DNA from: Erysipelotrichaceae bacterium
GTDB taxonomy: Bacteria; Bacillota_I; Bacilli_A; Erysipelotrichales; Erysipelotrichaceae
Direction of reading: 5' to 3'
DNA: 64,000 nucleotides
NCBI GenBank assembly: GCA_030536265.1
Contig: JAUNQJ010000001.1
Location: forward strand, 903 to 64,902
Shown: positions 43,666-51,890 of the stretch, piece by piece
Position numbering within the stretch: the stretch's first letter is position 1
Layout: every line of letters starts with the position of its first letter
Made by a program: the position numbers and the translations under genes
Notes under the pieces: model-generated
The model's input: only the letters and a program-made list of their open reading frames with translations
What the model was told of the DNA's origin: nothing
Databases searched by the model: none

Positions 43666-44583
43666 TTACCTTAATAGTATTGTTAAGATAGAACTTGCGA
43701 TAAATAAGAATATAGATACCATTACAGTAAATGTTGTTAAAAACATTATTGATACTTTAGAGTTTGTTTGAGATTTCTTAACAATTATTCTCTTATAAGT
43801 TTTAGAAAGCATTAACGCAATAGAAATTACATAAATAAGAGCATAGAATACTGCGACATACATCGAAAACTTTTCAGGAACAATAAATGAGAAATACAAC
43901 AATAAATTGAAGATTATATGAATCCATATAGTAGGCTTTATAGATTTATATCTTAAAGAAATCTTTCCTAATAACAATCCCATTACAAAGCTTGGAATAA
44001 ATTCCATAAACGATCCATGAGCCAACGAGAATATTATTGAGCTAATAATTAAAGCAAAATACTTACCATATTTGCTTAATACTCTTAAAAGCACTCCTCT
44101 AAATGCGTATTCTTCAAGAATAGGAGTAATGATGATAAATGTAACAATATAAACAATATCTGTGATCTTGTTAGAATCAATAGTAATTCCTACGCCAGAT
44201 ACAAGTTCTCCAGACATTCCAAAATAAGCGGCAATAGCAGTTGTCGCAAATATAGCAGCGCTAGTTAATGTAAAAAATACTAAGGCTTGGCATACTATTT
44301 GTTTTGAAGAGATTTTAATCTTTTTGCTTTCAGGTAAATATTTTTTCTTAGATGCTAGTTTAAGTAAAGAAAATGGTAATATTGTTCCAATAATCATTAA
44401 CCCTACTTTAACAAGCAAAGATACATCTAATCCAAACCACTCAACTTCGCCAAACATAATAGACATAAGTTCATTAATAACAAGTGGTAAAAATAAAACA
44501 AAAAGACTATAGATTATTAAAATTAAACCTATAGTATTAAATTCATTTAATGCATATCTTCTTGAAACTCTCTTTGATGCCAT
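43666..44583 (-). CDS. CPBP family intramembrane glutamic endopeptidase (CAAX protease/Abi family)
   Basis: 305 aa polytopic protein with the family motifs EEYAFRG, FSLAHG and HIIFN. Confidence 0.85.
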   Translation of the reverse strand: MASKRVSRRYALNEFNTIGLILIIYSLFVLFLPLVINELMSIMFGEVEWFGLDVSLLVKVGLMIIGTILPFSLLKLASKKKYLPESKKIKISSKQIVCQALVFFTLTSAAIFATTAIAAYFGMSGELVSGVGITIDSNKITDIVYIVTFIIITPILEEYAFRGVLLRVLSKYGKYFALIISSIIFSLAHGSFMEFIPSFVMGLLLGKISLRYKSIKPTIWIHIIFNLLLYFSFIVPEKFSMYVAVFYALIYVISIALMLSKTYKRIIVKKSQTNSKVSIMFLTTFTVMVSIFLFIASSILTILLR

Positions 44584-44642
44584 ATGATTTACAATTATAC
44601 CCTTTTTAGTTTTTTCAGTAAAACAAGTATAATTATGATTGT

Positions 44643-46178
44643 ATGTTACTAATAAATGAACTAAAACTGGGTTTAAATGAACAAGAATCTAAATTAAAAG
44701 AATTAATATCTAAAAGATTACATGCAAAAGATAATACTTTTACTTATGAAATATACAAAAAATCATTAGATTCAAGAAAAGACATTAATTTTACTTATCA
44801 AGTATTAGTATCTATTGATCATGAAGATAAATACTTAAGCCATAAAGGCGTTAGTAAATATAAAAAACAAGATTTAAGAGCACATCGTGTAATAAGTGAT
44901 GAGCGTCCTATTATTATAGGATATGGCCCAAGTGGTATTTTTGCCGCATGCAGATTTGTGGAAGCTGGATTAAAACCCATCATTATTGAAAAAGGAAAAA
45001 GAGTTAAAGATAGAGAAATTGATGTAGATAAGTTCTTTAACGAAGGTGTATTAAATCCAAAATCAAATGTTCAATTTGGTGAAGGAGGAGCTGGTACCTT
45101 CTCTGATGCAAAGCTTGTAACAAGAATTAAGAATCCTTATATCGAATATATTCTAGATACATTTATTAATAATGGAGCTAAAAAAGAAATAAAATACACA
45201 GCACACGCTCATATAGGAACTGACGAAATGAGAAGAGTTATAGAAAAGATTACTAATTCTTTATCTTCTCAAGGAGCTGAGTTTCATTTTGAGGAAGAAG
45301 TAAAAGACTTCGTTATAGAAAATGGAAAACTAACAAAAGTAATTACAGATAAAAATGAATATAGTAGTAATTATTTCTTACTTGGTATTGGCCATTCATC
45401 TTGTCCTACTGTGAAAGCTTTATTAGACAAAGGAGTGTTTATTGAGCAAGCTGATACTGCTGTTGGTTTTAGAGTAGAACATCCTCAAAGTCTTATTGAT
45501 AATAATCAATATCACGGAATCAAATCAGATAAATTAGAAGCAAGCGAATATTTCTTAAGATATACGGGCGACAAAAGTGTCTTCTCGTTCTGTATGTGCC
45601 CTGGTGGTTTAGTAATACCTGCAACAAGCGAAGAACACAGAACTTTAACCAATGGTATGTCTTATTCTTCTAGAGATTCAGGATATGCCAATTCTGCAAT
45701 ACTTGTTCAAGTTAATAAAGAAGAATATAAAGATTACCCTCTTGCGGGTTTTGATTATTTAAAAGAATTAGAAGAAAAAGCATATAATGTTTCAAATTCA
45801 TATAAAGCTTTAGCCTCAAATATTAAAGATTATATCTATAAGGAAGATAATCCATTAATTTTTAACCCTTCTTATTCATTAGGAACAGTTAAATATAACT
45901 TCAATAATTTCTTTAATGAAGAACAAAATAAATATTTCAAAGAAGCATTGTTAGACTTTGATAAGAAAATACCTGGTTTTATTGATAAAGGTATAATGAT
46001 AGGACCTGAAACAAGATTCTCATCTCCTGTCAGAATAAAAAGAAATGAATACTATGAATCAGTAAATACTAAGGGTTTATTCCCTATGGGAGAAGGATCT
46101 GGATATGGCGGAGGGATTATGTCTTGTAGCTTAGATGGCATAAAAGTAGCTAATTCAATCCTTGATACTATTAAATAA
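44643..46178 (+). CDS. FAD-dependent oxidoreductase of the COG2509 family (function unknown)
   Basis: 511 aa with dinucleotide fold IIGYGPSGIFAA...IIEKG and the C-terminal GEGSGYGGGIMS motif typical of this family. Confidence 0.75.
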   Translation: MLLINELKLGLNEQESKLKELISKRLHAKDNTFTYEIYKKSLDSRKDINFTYQVLVSIDHEDKYLSHKGVSKYKKQDLRAHRVISDERPIIIGYGPSGIFAACRFVEAGLKPIIIEKGKRVKDREIDVDKFFNEGVLNPKSNVQFGEGGAGTFSDAKLVTRIKNPYIEYILDTFINNGAKKEIKYTAHAHIGTDEMRRVIEKITNSLSSQGAEFHFEEEVKDFVIENGKLTKVITDKNEYSSNYFLLGIGHSSCPTVKALLDKGVFIEQADTAVGFRVEHPQSLIDNNQYHGIKSDKLEASEYFLRYTGDKSVFSFCMCPGGLVIPATSEEHRTLTNGMSYSSRDSGYANSAILVQVNKEEYKDYPLAGFDYLKELEEKAYNVSNSYKALASNIKDYIYKEDNPLIFNPSYSLGTVKYNFNNFFNEEQNKYFKEALLDFDKKIPGFIDKGIMIGPETRFSSPVRIKRNEYYESVNTKGLFPMGEGSGYGGGIMSCSLDGIKVANSILDTIK

Positions 46179-46250
46179 TCACATAATATAACAAAATAAA
46201 TACGTGAAATTAACATTAAAAAAGATAATAATTATATAGGAGGCGGTTAT

Positions 46251-47378
46251 ATGAGACTAAACTTTAAAACAGTAATAATTATCTTTATTGTGGGCTTACT
46301 AGGAGGAATATGCGGAACATTTGGTATCCTAGAAATCAATAAACAAACAGGTAACAAAATAATTGAAGAAGATTCTTCAATAGTTGTAAATACTGTAGAG
46401 TATCCAACAATAGAAAAATCAGATTACAGTATCGCAATCGATAGAGCTTATAACTCAGTAGTTGAAATTACAAGTACTGTAGAACAACAATCATTCTTCG
46501 GTATTAGTACTGGTTACTCATTAGGATCAGGTGTCATAATTTCAAGTGATGGATATATTGTTACTAATAACCACGTTATTGAATCTGCAAAAGAAGTATC
46601 AATAAAACTATACAATGGTGAAAACTATGAAGCTAAGCTTATTGGAACAGACCCAAGAAGTGATATAGCTGTTATTAAGATTGATGCAAAAGATTTAGAG
46701 TTTACTTCTATCGCCGACTCAAGCGCCTTAACACTTGGACAAGAATGTGTAGTAATCGGTAACCCATTAGGTGAAGGAATATCTTGTTCAAACGGAATCG
46801 TCTCAGCTTTAGAAAAAGAAATTACAATTAAAGATTATCCAATGAGCGTAATACAAACAAACGCTGCAGTTAATGAAGGTAACTCTGGTGGTGGCTTATT
46901 CAATATGAATGGAGATTTAATTGGTATAGTAAATGCTAAATCAGGAAATTCATTTATGAATGAAACAAGCGTTGAAGGTATGGGATATGCCATCCCTTCT
47001 AACACAGTTAAAAAGATAGTTACTGATTTAGTTGATTATGGCTATGTTAAAGCAAGAGCTACATTAGGAGTAAACGTTTATACACAAACTACTTTTGATG
47101 AAAATGGTGTTAAAGGATTAATTGTTGCAAACGTATTAAAAGGCAGTGCAGCTGATAAAGCTGGCATGCAAATATACGATATCATTTCAGAGGTTGATGG
47201 CGATGAAATTACATCATATGCTAAATTATCAAAAGCATTAGATAGACACGAGGTTGGAGATACCGTAAACGTAGTGGTCTACAGAGGATATGGAAACGCA
47301 ATTAATAGTAGATACAGTGTATACAACCTAGAAAAAATGGAATTAACCGTAACTCTTCAAGAAGCGGTTCAAGAATAA
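46251..47378 (+). CDS. htrA: HtrA/DegP family serine protease (S1C) with one PDZ domain
   Basis: 375 aa with an N-terminal TM anchor and catalytic triad contexts TNNHVI, DIAVIKI and GNSGGGL. A C-terminal PDZ domain is present. Confidence 0.9.
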   Translation: MRLNFKTVIIIFIVGLLGGICGTFGILEINKQTGNKIIEEDSSIVVNTVEYPTIEKSDYSIAIDRAYNSVVEITSTVEQQSFFGISTGYSLGSGVIISSDGYIVTNNHVIESAKEVSIKLYNGENYEAKLIGTDPRSDIAVIKIDAKDLEFTSIADSSALTLGQECVVIGNPLGEGISCSNGIVSALEKEITIKDYPMSVIQTNAAVNEGNSGGGLFNMNGDLIGIVNAKSGNSFMNETSVEGMGYAIPSNTVKKIVTDLVDYGYVKARATLGVNVYTQTTFDENGVKGLIVANVLKGSAADKAGMQIYDIISEVDGDEITSYAKLSKALDRHEVGDTVNVVVYRGYGNAINSRYSVYNLEKMELTVTLQEAVQE

Positions 47379-47384
47379 TAAAAC

Positions 47385-47414
47385 ACGCTAGCATTAATGC
47401 TAGCGTATTTTTTT
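47385..47414. terminator. Bidirectional terminator (htrA on + / YhhN gene on -)
   Basis: Perfect palindrome acgctagcat-ta-atgctagcgt followed by a T-run. Confidence 0.8.
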
Positions 47415-48084
47415 ATAATAGTTGTAAGCTTAAGGCTATTAATAATTGCCCTATATAATAGAATGACAAATTTGTAATTCTAAGCGAGAACTTACTTTCT
47501 TTTCCAAAAGTATTAAGTATTAAAACTATATCTGAAATTAAAAATGAAATAGCACCAATTAAAAACACAATTCTTCCAGCAGTAGCGTTTTCAAGAACTA
47601 ATTTTAATGCGCATGTATTCATTATCGAAATAGCACCAATATAGAATACACCAAATATTTTAAATGCCATTTGAGCTTCAATCTTAGAGAATATCCATAT
47701 TAATAATAATGCTGCTAAAATAACTCCACCAATAATAGATAAAGATACATTTAATAAATTAGGTAGCATTGCAACAATATACATAATGTGTCCTGCTAAA
47801 AAGATTAATATTCCAACAAGAAATACAATCTTTCCCTTTTTCTTAAAAACAAATCTTAAATTAAGCATAACATCTGCAATTAAACCTAAAAATAAACCAA
47901 TTTTAACAAACTTTGCAAGATGCATATCAAGTGTTTGAATGTTTGATAAAATGCCAAGCACAACAAAGCATAATGATGCTAAACCCTTTAATACTACAGC
48001 TACAACATAATTCTCTTTATGTTCAAAATAAATAAATGCTGCCATAATAGCTAAACATAATAAACACAACCAAATATATTTCAT
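47413..48084 (-). CDS. YhhN family (lysoplasmalogenase-like) membrane protein
   Basis: 223 aa from the ATG at 48084, which has RBS GAGGTG 7 nt upstream; the track TTG at 48111 is unlikely. It has about 8 TM helices and a YhhN-like size and hydrophobicity pattern. Confidence 0.45.
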   Translation of the reverse strand: MKYIWLCLLCLAIMAAFIYFEHKENYVVAVVLKGLASLCFVVLGILSNIQTLDMHLAKFVKIGLFLGLIADVMLNLRFVFKKKGKIVFLVGILIFLAGHIMYIVAMLPNLLNVSLSIIGGVILAALLLIWIFSKIEAQMAFKIFGVFYIGAISIMNTCALKLVLENATAGRIVFLIGAISFLISDIVLILNTFGKESKFSLRITNLSFYYIGQLLIALSLQLL

Positions 48085-48109
48085 ATAGTTCACCTCAAAT
48101 TTATTATAC

Positions 48110-48140
48110 AAAAAAAGAAGCGCTGATTAATCAGCGCTTC
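48110..48140 (-). terminator. Rho-independent terminator of the ankyrin/EF-G II operon
   Basis: Stem gaagcgctga/tcagcgcttc with loop ttaa, and a U7 run on the minus transcript. Confidence 0.8.
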
Positions 48141-48152
48141 ATTAATTAATAA

Positions 48153-50159
48153 CTAGTCTTCGTCTTCGTCTTTTCTATTAGCAGCAGTAGCGGCAACAAC
48201 TTTATCAGTAACAGCTTGAGGAGCTGGTTCATATCTATCGAAATCGATAACGTATGTTCCTCTGCCCTTTGTCATTGAACGAAGTTCTGTAGCATACTTC
48301 ATCATTTCTGCCATTGGCACTTCAGCATCAATCTTAGCATCGCCATCAGCAGTAGAACCTGTATCCATGATCATACCACGTCTCTTATTGAAGTCACCGA
48401 TAATATCACCAGTGTATTCTTCAGGACAAATAACTGTTACTTTTCCAATTGGTTCTAGAAGAATTGGTTTAGCTGCAGGGATACCAGCTTTAAATGCTAA
48501 TCTTGCAGCTGCTTCAAATGAGTTAGGTTTAGAATCTACTGGGTGGTAAGATCCATCATATAGAGTAGCTTTAACGTTAACTACTTTGCATCCTGCTAGA
48601 GGTCCAGCAGCCATACAAGATCTTAAGCCAGCTTCAACTGATGGGAAGAAGTTCTTAGGAACAGATCCACCAAATACTTCTTCAGCGAATACCATTTCTT
48701 CAGAATCTGGATTTGGTTCAAATCTTACCCAAACATCACCATATTGACCAGCACCACCATTTTGTTTCTTATATTTACCTTGAACTTCTGATTTGCCTTT
48801 AATAGTTTCACGATATTGAACCTTAGGTTCTTTAGTTTCAATTTCAACTTTATATCTATTCTTTAATTTACTAGCTACAACATCAAATTGTTGATCACCA
48901 ACAGCATATAATACTTGTTCGCCAGTTTCAGCATTTCTTACAAAGTTTAGAGATTTATCTTCAACTAATACTTTCTTTAATGCATCAGACATCTTATCTT
49001 CATCATCTTTAGTCTTAGGAGAAATAGCTAGTCCTAACATTGGACGAGGATATTCGATATCAGCAAACATAACTGGTTTTTCTTTTGTACATAAAGTATC
49101 GTTAGTTTCTGTAACTGCTAATTTAGTTAATGCACAAATATCACCACAAGCAACTTTACTTACAGCATTTTGATTCTTTCCAGATAATACAAAGATACCG
49201 CCTGCTTTTTCAGCTGCATCTTTCTTTATATTGTATAAAGCAGTTTGAGCAGTAAGACAACCTGACATAATCTTTAAGTAAGAAATCTTACCTGCAAATG
49301 GATCAACTACAGTCTTAAAGATTTGACCAGAGAAAGCTTCTGAGTCATCTCTCTTAAGTTCAACTGCCTCACCCTTATCGTTCTTAGCGTGTTTTGGACC
49401 TAAGTCAGTATAAGGATGTAAGAAGTTAACGATATAGTCTAATAATGTTTCAATACCTTCAGATTTAGTTGCTGCACCAAAGAATACAGGTTTAACTTCA
49501 CCAGCAGCCATGGCTTTTACTAAACCACCTCTGATTTCTTCATCCGTAAATGATGCGCCTTCATCTTCAAAATATCTATCCATTAATGCTTCATCAGCAG
49601 TAGCGATTGCTTCTGCCAATTGTTTATATGTATCAGTTGTTTTATCTTCTAATACAAGTTTTCCATCAGCACCAACAAATGGAACACATCCTGAACCAAA
49701 CTTAGCTTGTAAGTCTGCTAATAGTTTATCTTTGTTAGCATTTTCATCATCCATCTTATTAACAAATAAGATAGCTGGTTTGTTATATCTATGACATAGC
49801 TTAACAGAATTTTCTGTTCCAGATTCAATTCCATCTTTACCAGACACTACAATTACTGCAGCATCGCCTGCAAAGTAACCAGAAATCTTTTCACCTTCAT
49901 AATCAAGATAACCTGGTGTATCAATAAAGTTAATCTTAGTGTTTTTATATTCTACTGGTGCTATAGAAACAAATACTGATTGTCCTCTCTTTGCTTCTTC
50001 TTGATCGTAGTCTAGATAGCTAGAACCATCTTGTGCTTTTCCTAAACGATCAATTGCTTTTGTTGCAAGTAAACTTGCCTCAGCAATAGTTGTTTTACCA
50101 GAACCAGCATGTCCTAGTAATACGACATTACGAATGTCTTTTGCGTTGTAATCTTTCAT
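48153..50159 (-). CDS. Elongation factor G paralog, EF-G II (EF-G-2) subfamily GTPase
   Basis: 668 aa with G1 GHAGSGKTT, G3 DTPGYLDY (Tyr where canonical EF-G has His) and G4 NKMD. The block QGKYKKQNGGAGQYGDVW is as I recall it from Thermus EF-G-2. Confidence 0.8.
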   Translation of the reverse strand: MKDYNAKDIRNVVLLGHAGSGKTTIAEASLLATKAIDRLGKAQDGSSYLDYDQEEAKRGQSVFVSIAPVEYKNTKINFIDTPGYLDYEGEKISGYFAGDAAVIVVSGKDGIESGTENSVKLCHRYNKPAILFVNKMDDENANKDKLLADLQAKFGSGCVPFVGADGKLVLEDKTTDTYKQLAEAIATADEALMDRYFEDEGASFTDEEIRGGLVKAMAAGEVKPVFFGAATKSEGIETLLDYIVNFLHPYTDLGPKHAKNDKGEAVELKRDDSEAFSGQIFKTVVDPFAGKISYLKIMSGCLTAQTALYNIKKDAAEKAGGIFVLSGKNQNAVSKVACGDICALTKLAVTETNDTLCTKEKPVMFADIEYPRPMLGLAISPKTKDDEDKMSDALKKVLVEDKSLNFVRNAETGEQVLYAVGDQQFDVVASKLKNRYKVEIETKEPKVQYRETIKGKSEVQGKYKKQNGGAGQYGDVWVRFEPNPDSEEMVFAEEVFGGSVPKNFFPSVEAGLRSCMAAGPLAGCKVVNVKATLYDGSYHPVDSKPNSFEAAARLAFKAGIPAAKPILLEPIGKVTVICPEEYTGDIIGDFNKRRGMIMDTGSTADGDAKIDAEVPMAEMMKYATELRSMTKGRGTYVIDFDRYEPAPQAVTDKVVAATAANRKDEDED

Positions 50160-50180
50160 TTTTGTTACCTCTTGTTACTT

Positions 50181-50852
50181 TTATTTAAGTCTTTCTAATA
50201 AGTCCTCAGAAACATGTTCTCCGCAATAATCAATTGCTCTTTTGCCTCTATTATCTTTTATATCTTTATCTGCTCCACGGTCTAGCAAGAAGATGCATAG
50301 ATCATCATATCCACCATATGCTGCTCTCATTAGACATGTACATCCTTCATTATCTTGAGCATTTGGATTTGAACCTTGTTGTAATAAATAATGTATGCAA
50401 TCTACTTTGAAGGCAAGAACAGCGTCCATCATTGCAGTTCTTCCTTTACTATCTTTAATATCTTTATCAGCACCTTGTTCAACTAAATATTCAACAGTTG
50501 GGAATTCTCCTAGGAATGCAGCTCTCATTAATGCAGTTCTTCCGTTATTATCATGAGAGTTAATATCGCCACCTGCTTCAACTAACATCTTTAGAATACT
50601 TACATGACCTTTTTTAGCTGCTGCCATTAATGCAGTTCTATTATTCTTATCTCTAAGTCTTACATCTGCTCCCTTATCAAGTAATAGTCTAGCAACATCA
50701 TCGTGTCCTCTTTTAGATGCACGGTATAATGCTGATCTACCATCACCATCAGTAACATTAACATTACCACCTTGTTCGATTGCTTCTTTAACTACTTCTA
50801 CATCTCCGCTTTCAGCAGCTTCGAACAACTTTAAATCTAAACTTGTTTCCAT
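50181..50852 (-). CDS. Ankyrin repeat protein (about six ANK repeats), cytoplasmic
   Basis: 223 aa of tandem ~33-aa repeats (G-R-[ST]-AL-x-x-A-x-x-x-GH...LL..GAD). There is no signal peptide. A strong RBS (aaggagga) precedes it, and it lies 21 nt upstream of the EF-G II gene. Confidence 0.85.
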   Translation of the reverse strand: METSLDLKLFEAAESGDVEVVKEAIEQGGNVNVTDGDGRSALYRASKRGHDDVARLLLDKGADVRLRDKNNRTALMAAAKKGHVSILKMLVEAGGDINSHDNNGRTALMRAAFLGEFPTVEYLVEQGADKDIKDSKGRTAMMDAVLAFKVDCIHYLLQQGSNPNAQDNEGCTCLMRAAYGGYDDLCIFLLDRGADKDIKDNRGKRAIDYCGEHVSEDLLERLK

Positions 50853-50883
50853 ATTCCTTTTTCCTCCTTAATATTAAAAGGTA

Positions 50884-50912
50884 TAAAAAATGAACATATC
50901 AAAATGTTCATT
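50884..50912 (-). terminator. Intrinsic terminator located inside the leader of the ankyrin/EF-G II operon, also downstream of the DUF45 gene
   Basis: The minus strand reads AAUGAACAU-UUUGAU-AUGUUCAUU followed by UUUUU. It ends about 20 nt before the ankyrin RBS. Confidence 0.75.
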
Positions 50913-50994
50913 AGTTTAATTATTCAATTTTTGGGAAGCCTCAATGCCTGAGTTTCCCTCCCTCAAGATATTATTATTCATATTTGTTAACTTA

Positions 50995-51023
50995 ATTTTA
51001 TTATTTAATGAAAGCGGTTGCAA
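50995..51023 (-). promoter_or_regulatory. Candidate sigma-A promoter upstream of the leader/terminator
   Basis: On the minus strand: TTGCAA (51023-51018), a 17-nt spacer, then TAAAAT (51000-50995). Confidence 0.5.
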
Positions 51024-51051
51024 TACTTTTGGTGAATGTAAAAAATTTTCA

Positions 51052-51714
51052 TTAAAATAAAGTCTTAATAATCTCGTTATAGTTAGACATATGGCTATTA
51101 ATAACGTTATGATAACGTTTTGAATGGTTCGGAATAACAAAATGTAATAATTCGTGCCATAAAATAGCATCTAGGCATATTGGGTCAAAGTGGACTAATC
51201 TAACACTCAGATTTACAGTGTTTCTTTGGTTATAGCAACAGCCCCACATGGATTTTAGATATTTTACGTTATATATTGGCTTTTGATTATAGCCATAGTC
51301 CTCAAGTACTTTCAAATACTTATCTTGGTTATTATTCACATATTCTAATATGATCTTTTTACCATATTCATAGAATACTTTTGTTGCCTCTTTTAATTCC
51401 CCAGTTTTACATCTTATATAAATGGCGTCATCATCAACTTTAACATTATTAATACCTTTTAATATAACAAGCTTATATTTTCTTCCTTTGTAATAGATGC
51501 TATCCCCTATTAAAAGTTTAGATTCACCTCTTTGTCTATTAGAACAGTTATAGATCCATTTTCTTTTAGAATCGATAAACTTATATATTTCTATATCACT
51601 AACATATTTTGGACAAGTGACTTTTACTGTGCCATCTTCAACTCTTAAATATATATTACGAATACGTTTTCTTTCGATAATTACATCATATTTTTTATCT
51701 TTTATTTCTAACAT
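51052..51714 (-). CDS. YgjP/DUF45 family zinc metallohydrolase (M48-like)
   Basis: 220 aa from the ATG at 51714. The HExxH motif sits in WHELLHFVIPNHS. The longer 255-aa track ORF would run through the tRNA-His gene and its promoter. Confidence 0.75.
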   Translation of the reverse strand: MLEIKDKKYDVIIERKRIRNIYLRVEDGTVKVTCPKYVSDIEIYKFIDSKRKWIYNCSNRQRGESKLLIGDSIYYKGRKYKLVILKGINNVKVDDDAIYIRCKTGELKEATKVFYEYGKKIILEYVNNNQDKYLKVLEDYGYNQKPIYNVKYLKSMWGCCYNQRNTVNLSVRLVHFDPICLDAILWHELLHFVIPNHSKRYHNVINSHMSNYNEIIKTLF

Positions 51715-51730
51715 AGTCTCATTATATAAC

Positions 51731-51759
51731 TTTACTTTTAACCCTAAATGACTTAGAAT
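51731..51759 (+). promoter_or_regulatory. Candidate promoter for tRNA-His
   Basis: TTTACT, a 17-nt spacer, then TAGAAT, ending 12 nt before the tRNA. Confidence 0.5.
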
Positions 51760-51771
51760 AATAAGGCATAT

Positions 51772-51850
51772 GGCGGTTGTGGTGAAGTTGGTTAACACAC
51801 CAGATTGTGGCTCTGGCATTCCGTGGGTTCGAGTCCCATCAATCGCCCCA
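51772..51850 (+). tRNA. tRNA-His (anticodon GUG) with encoded G-1 and CCA
   Basis: Manual fold. An extra 5' G lies opposite discriminator C. The acceptor is gcggttg/caatcgc. The anticodon arm is ccaga-ttGTGgc-tctgg. The T arm is gtggg-ttcgagt-cccat. Confidence 0.9.
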
Positions 51851-51859
51851 TTAAAAAAG

Positions 51860-51890
51860 AAAGTCGTTTCTTAGAAACGACTTTTATTTT
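51860..51890. terminator. Bidirectional terminator (tRNA-His on + / dehydrogenase gene on -)
   Basis: Eleven-bp stem aaagtcgtttc/gaaacgacttt followed by a T-rich run. Confidence 0.75.

Noticed and set aside
48085-48111. A TTG start for the YhhN-like gene.
   Set aside because: It lies within the A-run of the upstream operon's terminator. The ATG at 48084 has a well-spaced GAGGTG RBS.
50916-51170. An 84-aa ORF spanning the DUF45 gene 3' end and the downstream intergenic region.
   Set aside because: Its first two thirds overlap the DUF45 coding sequence in another frame. Only the last 21 codons, from the ATG at 50981, lie in intergenic DNA. I treat those separately as a possible leader uORF.
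51715-51819. A 35-codon N-terminal extension of the DUF45/YgjP gene (track start at 51819).
   Set aside because: It would be encoded antisense to the tRNA-His gene and its promoter. The internal ATG at 51714 gives a normal-length protein starting MLEIKDKKYDV.
43557-51850. The 8-kb segment bracketed by tRNA-Trp and tRNA-His (CPBP protease, COG2509, HtrA, YhhN, EF-G II, ANK, DUF45) as a mobile or accessory island.
   Set aside because: It has no mobility genes and no flanking repeats. The genes are a mix of housekeeping types. Only the ANK/EF-G II pair stands out, and it is reported separately.
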